Part shown: positions 59,100-64,000 of the stretch, in pieces
How the letters are laid out: each line of letters begins with the position of its first letter
How positions within the stretch are numbered: the first letter of the stretch is position 1
NCBI GenBank assembly: GCA_009103225.1
Contig: RHPI01002438.1
Coordinates: 1,184,755-1,248,754, forward strand
DNA: 64,000 nucleotides
Source: Chlorokybus atmophyticus
Lineage: Eukaryota; Plantae; Mesostigma and Chlorokybus algae
Direction of reading: 5' to 3'
Notes under the pieces: model-generated
The model's database searches: none
What the model was told of the DNA's origin: nothing
The model's input: the letters and a program-made list of their open reading frames with translations, nothing else
Position numbers and translations under genes: made by a program

Positions 59100-61400
59100 A
59101 CACATTTGGCAAGTAGCATATAACTTTGTTAAGCATACAAGGCAAGTACACACGCACAGCTGGCTTGCACGTGTATTTCAGTGGTACTGTAATGTACACC
59201 CGTGCATGCATGCGTCAAACTGCCCAACCAGCTTAGGGACGTGTTCGTTTACTCCCACAGCCACAAGTACTATGTACACATGCCTGCTTCACGCACTCAC
59301 CCACCCACTGCTGCACCCACTCACCTTCTTACGTACATGCTTGCAAGCGCACGCACAAGCGCACGGGCATGCGCGCACGGGCATGCGCGTTCACGCACGC
59401 ATGTGCTCTGTGTCACGCATACATATGCACTCAAACAAACAATTTTGAGGATCTGGCTATAGATCGGTAGCAACTGCTTCATAGGCACAGTCCAGTGCAG
59501 CTCATGAAGCAGTTGCTATCAGTGGGCTCATTGCGCTCAGATTATTGTGATTATGTGGCAATAATAATGTGGCAAAGTCCGTGTGGTTGAATAATGCGCA
59601 TGCATACCTTCCTTCTTATGCAGCCAGACCAAGTCGGCAAGTATTGCTGCTAGCTTGATCACTTAATAGCTGAGCTAATGCAACTGTGCATGTTGACTTC
59701 TCAGCTGCGTCACGCATGGTGCCTCCGCAGCTGTGCATTGGCTATGGGTTGTTCCAACGCCGGCGCTTTGCATGATTGCTATTGCAAGCTGACTTGCTGA
59801 GTCGTGCAGGTTGCCAATACAAAGTGCCAACCACGTGGATGGTGTCTTATTACCAAGCAGCTGCACAATGCCTACTTCACAGTCCCGTGGGAGTGAGCAC
59901 ATGTGTTTTTGTGCATAAGGTACACTCACACAATGCAGGCGGGCACGTGCGTGTGCATAGGCATGCATGTGTGTTGCATAGGTATGCATGTGTGCGCATG
60001 TATGTTTATGTGTGTGTGCGTGTGCATGTGCACGCAGGTGCGTGCGTCCGCTTGTGGTTAGGCGTGTGCATGACTGTTTGTGCGCAGGTCACCCTGGGCA
60101 TCATTGTCGGTGGGGGAAGCCCGATGCGGCTCTGCTCAGAGCGCAGGGTTGGGGGGGTGCTGCAACTAGGTGCACCCGCTGGACCTCAAGGGGAGCGGAG
60201 GGAAGGGGTAATGAAAGTATGTGCTTGCGCATGCATGTGCATTTGCATGCGCATGTATATGCGCGTGCATGTGACATGTGCTCGTTGTGACACACGCACA
60301 TACACACATTTGTTGAATGGGGCTCATAGACCGCACTGTTGCCATAGGCTGGCTCATAGGCTGCAGTGTCCGCACTGTCCAGTGCAGCCTATGAGCGTTT
60401 GCCATATGCGGGCTCATAGGCTGCACTGTCTAGTGCAGCGTATGAGGCGGTTGGTAAAGTAGGGCGCATAGGCACCGCACTGATTAGAGCCGCCTATGAG
60501 AGCGGTTTGACACTTTGTTGGTTTGCTATCAAGCAAGCAAGGGCACGAAGCAATGCAATGCAACACATACTTATACATGTGTGTGCAGGCTGTGTACAGT
60601 TGCACAACTGTTGTATGGAGGAGCATGTACCCCCTCCACACCATTGCAACGCCTCGCCAGGCGATAGCTGCAAGGAGCGTCTCAGGCATATGGTGCAGGT
60701 GCATGCGTGCGTAGTTGTGTTCATGCTTGCGTGTGAATCTGTCGGCAACTTTACATGTATACAAATACACGTATGCTCACTCACCTGTCCCCTAAACAAA
60801 ACATTGCCAGCCCACCACGCCCTGGACGCTGCGCAAGGCCAGCAGCGCGGTGGTGAACCGGGGTTGCAGGCCTTACCATTGGTGGGAAAAGCCTGATGCT
60901 ACTGCGCTTGTCAGGGCGCGCGAGGGGGCTGCTACACTGAGATTCAACTGCTGAAACGCAGGTGAGCGGAGGGGGAAGGGAAAGGGAAACGGAAGGGCGA
61001 GGGGGCTGCGCTCGCACGCGCAAGCGCACAGGCATGTGCGTGTGCAATTATGCATGTGCGTGCAAGTATGCATGTGCTTTTCATTACGCATGCATGCATT
61101 TACACACATGCACACATTTGTTACAATCGACTCATAGACTGCATTGAACAGTGCGGCCTACGAGCAAGTTGCTGTAGACTGGCTCGTAGACCGCACTTCA
61201 ATGCGGTCTATGAGGCAGTTTTGCATGTACAATATGCATGTGAACGGTGTGCCCCCCCTCCCCCCCCGCCCCCGCCCCCCGCTTCCTTATTCAAGAGATG
61301 CGCGCACGCACACACATGCAAGCACGCACGCATGCGCATGGACTCATGCACATGTTTGCGCTTGCGCGCAGGTATGTGAACACGTGCAGGTCAGCAAACA
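59100..61400. repeat. Low-complexity CA/TG/GCAT-rich region with short ggctcatagg repeats
   Basis: Alternating purine-pyrimidine runs; ggctcatag(g/a)c..cactgt repeated at 60320-60430. Confidence 0.7.
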
Positions 61401-61933
61401 GCAACCCAAGCTGGCAGTCAGCCCGCTGCTGACAAGAGAGAAGTTGTAGTGCACGGCGCTCAGCGGCTGCATATGCAAGCACTACGTTGCTCGAACTTCC
61501 CCCGTGCTCCCACTTCAACACCGGTAATTTTGGGACCCCCCGAGTCCTGATTTTTCACGCCATCTCGTCTGAATAATGATGACTTGATCCGTTTCACGCC
61601 TTTTGTCCGTGAATATCCAATGGTTATTGTACTTTCTGTCCCATTCCTGCCAAAAGGAACAGTGTTCTTCACCCGCAAGACGCATTCATATTCAACGTAC
61701 ATACCACTGAACCTCGTTTCAACCCGTACACTTTGCATTTCAAACTGAGTATTTCGTGCATATTCAAGGTCAGTCAAGTTGTACTTGATGCACGATATGG
61801 TACAATGAATTGTCAGTGCCCAAACAGCAGAATAATCACCCAGCGTGTGTGGTGCTGGCTACGACTTGCTGCGAAAACCCCGAGTCCTAAATACCATTGC
61901 ATAGTCACCGTCATATTCAGGGAACATTTAGCA

Positions 61934-62091
61934 TGAAATACACCAAGTCCCAAGTGCCATCGAACATTCAACACCACTTGACAAAACTGCCGATGTGAAA
62001 TTACACCAAGTGCCAAGTGCCATTGAAAGTTCAACACCACTTGGCAAAACTGCCGCTGTGAAATTACACTAAGTCCCAAGTGCCATTGAAA
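61934..62091. repeat. 63-bp tandem repeat, ~2.5 copies
   Basis: tgaaat(t)acaccaagt.ccaagtgccat.gaa..ttcaacaccacttg.caaaactgccg.tg starting at 61934, 61996 and 62059. Confidence 0.9.
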
Positions 62092-62374
62092 AGGCAAGCA
62101 TGCTAATGGCATGCATTCCAAATTCTATTCTATTAAGCACAAAGTTAGCTTGGGCTACTATTACACAGCTGGCCAATGAACCTGTGCTTTTGACTACAAT
62201 TTAGCTATGTACCAACCGCCTGCTACTTCACATCCGCCGTGACGTTTGCTGTGCTGGCATGCTGTCCATGAGTGTTCGCAGTCGTCTCCTTAAGCTGTCT
62301 GCCTCTTTTGGACGAAACCAATCCTTTTGCATCTGCGTTGCACACACCCACACCATCTGGTTGCTCAACACATG

Positions 62375-63838
62375 TCAACCTACACGACTTTGCACTAAGG
62401 CAGCTGCCATATGGAGTACATTCCAATGCATGAGCTGTACCTGCTGAAATATCGGGGCGTTTTGCTCAATTGGACCAGCTTGTATCCCATCTATAAACTT
62501 GTCAAGGTAAACCATGACAAACAGCCCGCACGCAACTCCATCCCTCTGCTGAGGGACCTGCACGAACACGCTATGTCAATGCGGGCGAACCAAACGTATG
62601 TGCATCTACATAGGGATTGTGCCGGGAGAGGGCGTGACCTCATCACCAGGCCAAAACAACATGTCCTCCCTGTGGATCAAGTAGCGGGACGTTTGCGGGA
62701 GAGAAGCGCTGTTGCGACTCACTTCCATGCTTCCTGCCCCACATATAGTTTAGATAAGCGCGCATTGGTCCGTCGACGTTGCGATGTAGACCAAGGGAGT
62801 CGAGATGGACGATCAAGGGCGGCGTGTTGCTTCCAAGTTCCCCTCCAGGATTGCACACCAGCAGCAGACTCCAGTGAGTCCTGTGGCATGCAGACTTCAA
62901 AGTGAGTCCATGCGAGCAAGTACAGCAGCACTGCAGTGCGAGAACTTGGCTTCACTCTCACCGGCTGTCTGGGTTGACAATTGCTGCCAGCAAGTTCTTG
63001 GAAAACGGATCGTTCTCCCACCTATCTATCCTGTGATTGCCACTGTGCCAGTTATGTTGTTCATGGCAGTGCACAATCTTGGTGTAGAAGTGCGGGTTGA
63101 ACAGCCTCACGTGAATGCCTTCAGCTCTGCCCACGACCTCCTCTTCCTTATATCTGCGCGTGCGTGACACATACATGACACAGCTGCACAACACCAACAA
63201 CGCAAGGCTCATACCTGCAAAAGAAGTGGAGCACGGTGTCGTTGAGCTCCTGTCTGCCGTCCAGCAACTTTCTGTCCGCTTCAAACACTGGCACCGCATC
63301 ACGTGCATTTGCACTAGGGTAAATGAACAGGGGCACAGGTGTTGACGCCTCAACTTCAGCACCCGGCCCGTCCAGCACCATGATGTCATCATCGCTGTCC
63401 ACGAGGTCCACAACTGCTGCAGCCGTCGTGGTTCCCTGACTTGGGTGCTGGCGACGTTCCCCGTTGGCATCCTCATCATCAAGTTCCATCGGGACTGGCT
63501 CTGCAGCGTAAAAAGGTAGGATTATGCAATAAGCGCCGCAACGCAAACCAAGAAGCGCCAGCACGTTGCTGCTTACCACTCATATCCTCATCCCCGCACT
63601 CTTGAACAAAGCTTTTACCCACGCTCTCAGTCGGTGGTTGTGAAACCCAACCGCTGCTGCCCGGCAGAGAACGACGCGCGAGGCTATCCCTTGGAAGCTG
63701 TGCCGGAGCCCCACCTTCTTCGTACGCAGCGCATTGCGAGCATGTGACCGAAAAGATGTTACCAACAGCATGACGTTGACAGAGGCTGTTTGGGCATGTC
63801 GCGCATACTTGTCGAGCTGGTTCATTGCATCTGTGCAC
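62375..63838 (-). CDS. Ulp1/SENP-family (Peptidase C48) SUMO protease, multi-exon, 5' end probably outside the window
   Basis: LFIYP..DAVPVFEADRKLL..ELNDTVLHFF; LFNPHFYTKI; THWSLLLVCNP (His); HLDSLG (Asp); VPQQRDGVACGLFV (Gln/Cys). Confidence 0.88.
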
Positions 63839-64000
63839 ATGGCACCTGCGTTCCAGTGATCATTTTAGAACTTGTCGACTTCAGACACCATGCATTCACT
63901 GGATACTGAAGCTTACTTGTGCCTTGGGCATTCCCAATGGTCATCTTCCACAGGTGGTACAGTGACGCAGCGTGCGTGGTAGCTCTTCCAGCAGCCTTCT

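Noticed and set aside
59100-61450. Many Cys/His/Met-rich ORFs in the six-frame track
   Set aside because: They are translations of CA/TG simple repeats with no coding signature. The same applies to most antisense ORFs overlapping pol genes, such as 17462-18406.
61934-62091. 63-bp repeats (and the 123-bp repeats at 33295-33560) as CRISPR-like arrays
   Set aside because: They are contiguous tandem units without unique spacers, there are no cas genes, and the context is eukaryotic.
1-64000. rRNA, tRNA or other ncRNA genes
   Set aside because: No recognisable conserved sequence or cloverleaf was seen by eye; tRNAscan and Infernal were not run.

Overview
Eukaryotic, transposon-saturated (heterochromatin-like) DNA with no clear housekeeping gene. 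The GC content, introns and methyltransferase-bearing Ty3/gypsy elements suggest a green or streptophyte alga (inference). Most of the window is a nest inside one minus-strand Ty3/gypsy element (C, 6392-49137). Inserted into C are three relatives, A (ends 6391), D (7167-15291, TSD GCCT) and B (35499-48689, TSD GTTG), plus a 13-kb CACTA/EnSpm transposon (20973-34031, TSD AT). A 2-kb mini-copia (TSD GGGGC) sits inside B. To the right are a DIRS/PAT-like YR retrotransposon remnant, a pogo-like element, simple repeats and a ULP/SENP-type SUMO protease gene. B, C and D encode gag - protease - C5 cytosine methyltransferase - RT - RNase H; integrase and a PHD finger are seen in B and D (that part of C is lost). 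The main result is that these gypsy elements lack ordinary LTRs. They read A-b-PBS-internal-PPT-B-GC-A-B (split, permuted LTRs), have TGTCATG...GACA termini and, where both ends survive (B, D), 4-bp TSDs. They also carry an internal palindromic ACA-GC-TGT junction, a 10-14 nt microhomology b shared by both predicted cDNA ends, and a self-priming PBS. This is the structure expected if the cDNA circularises through b and a DDE integrase opens the circle at an internal att site. The structure is seen directly in the sequence; the mechanism and its novelty are inference.
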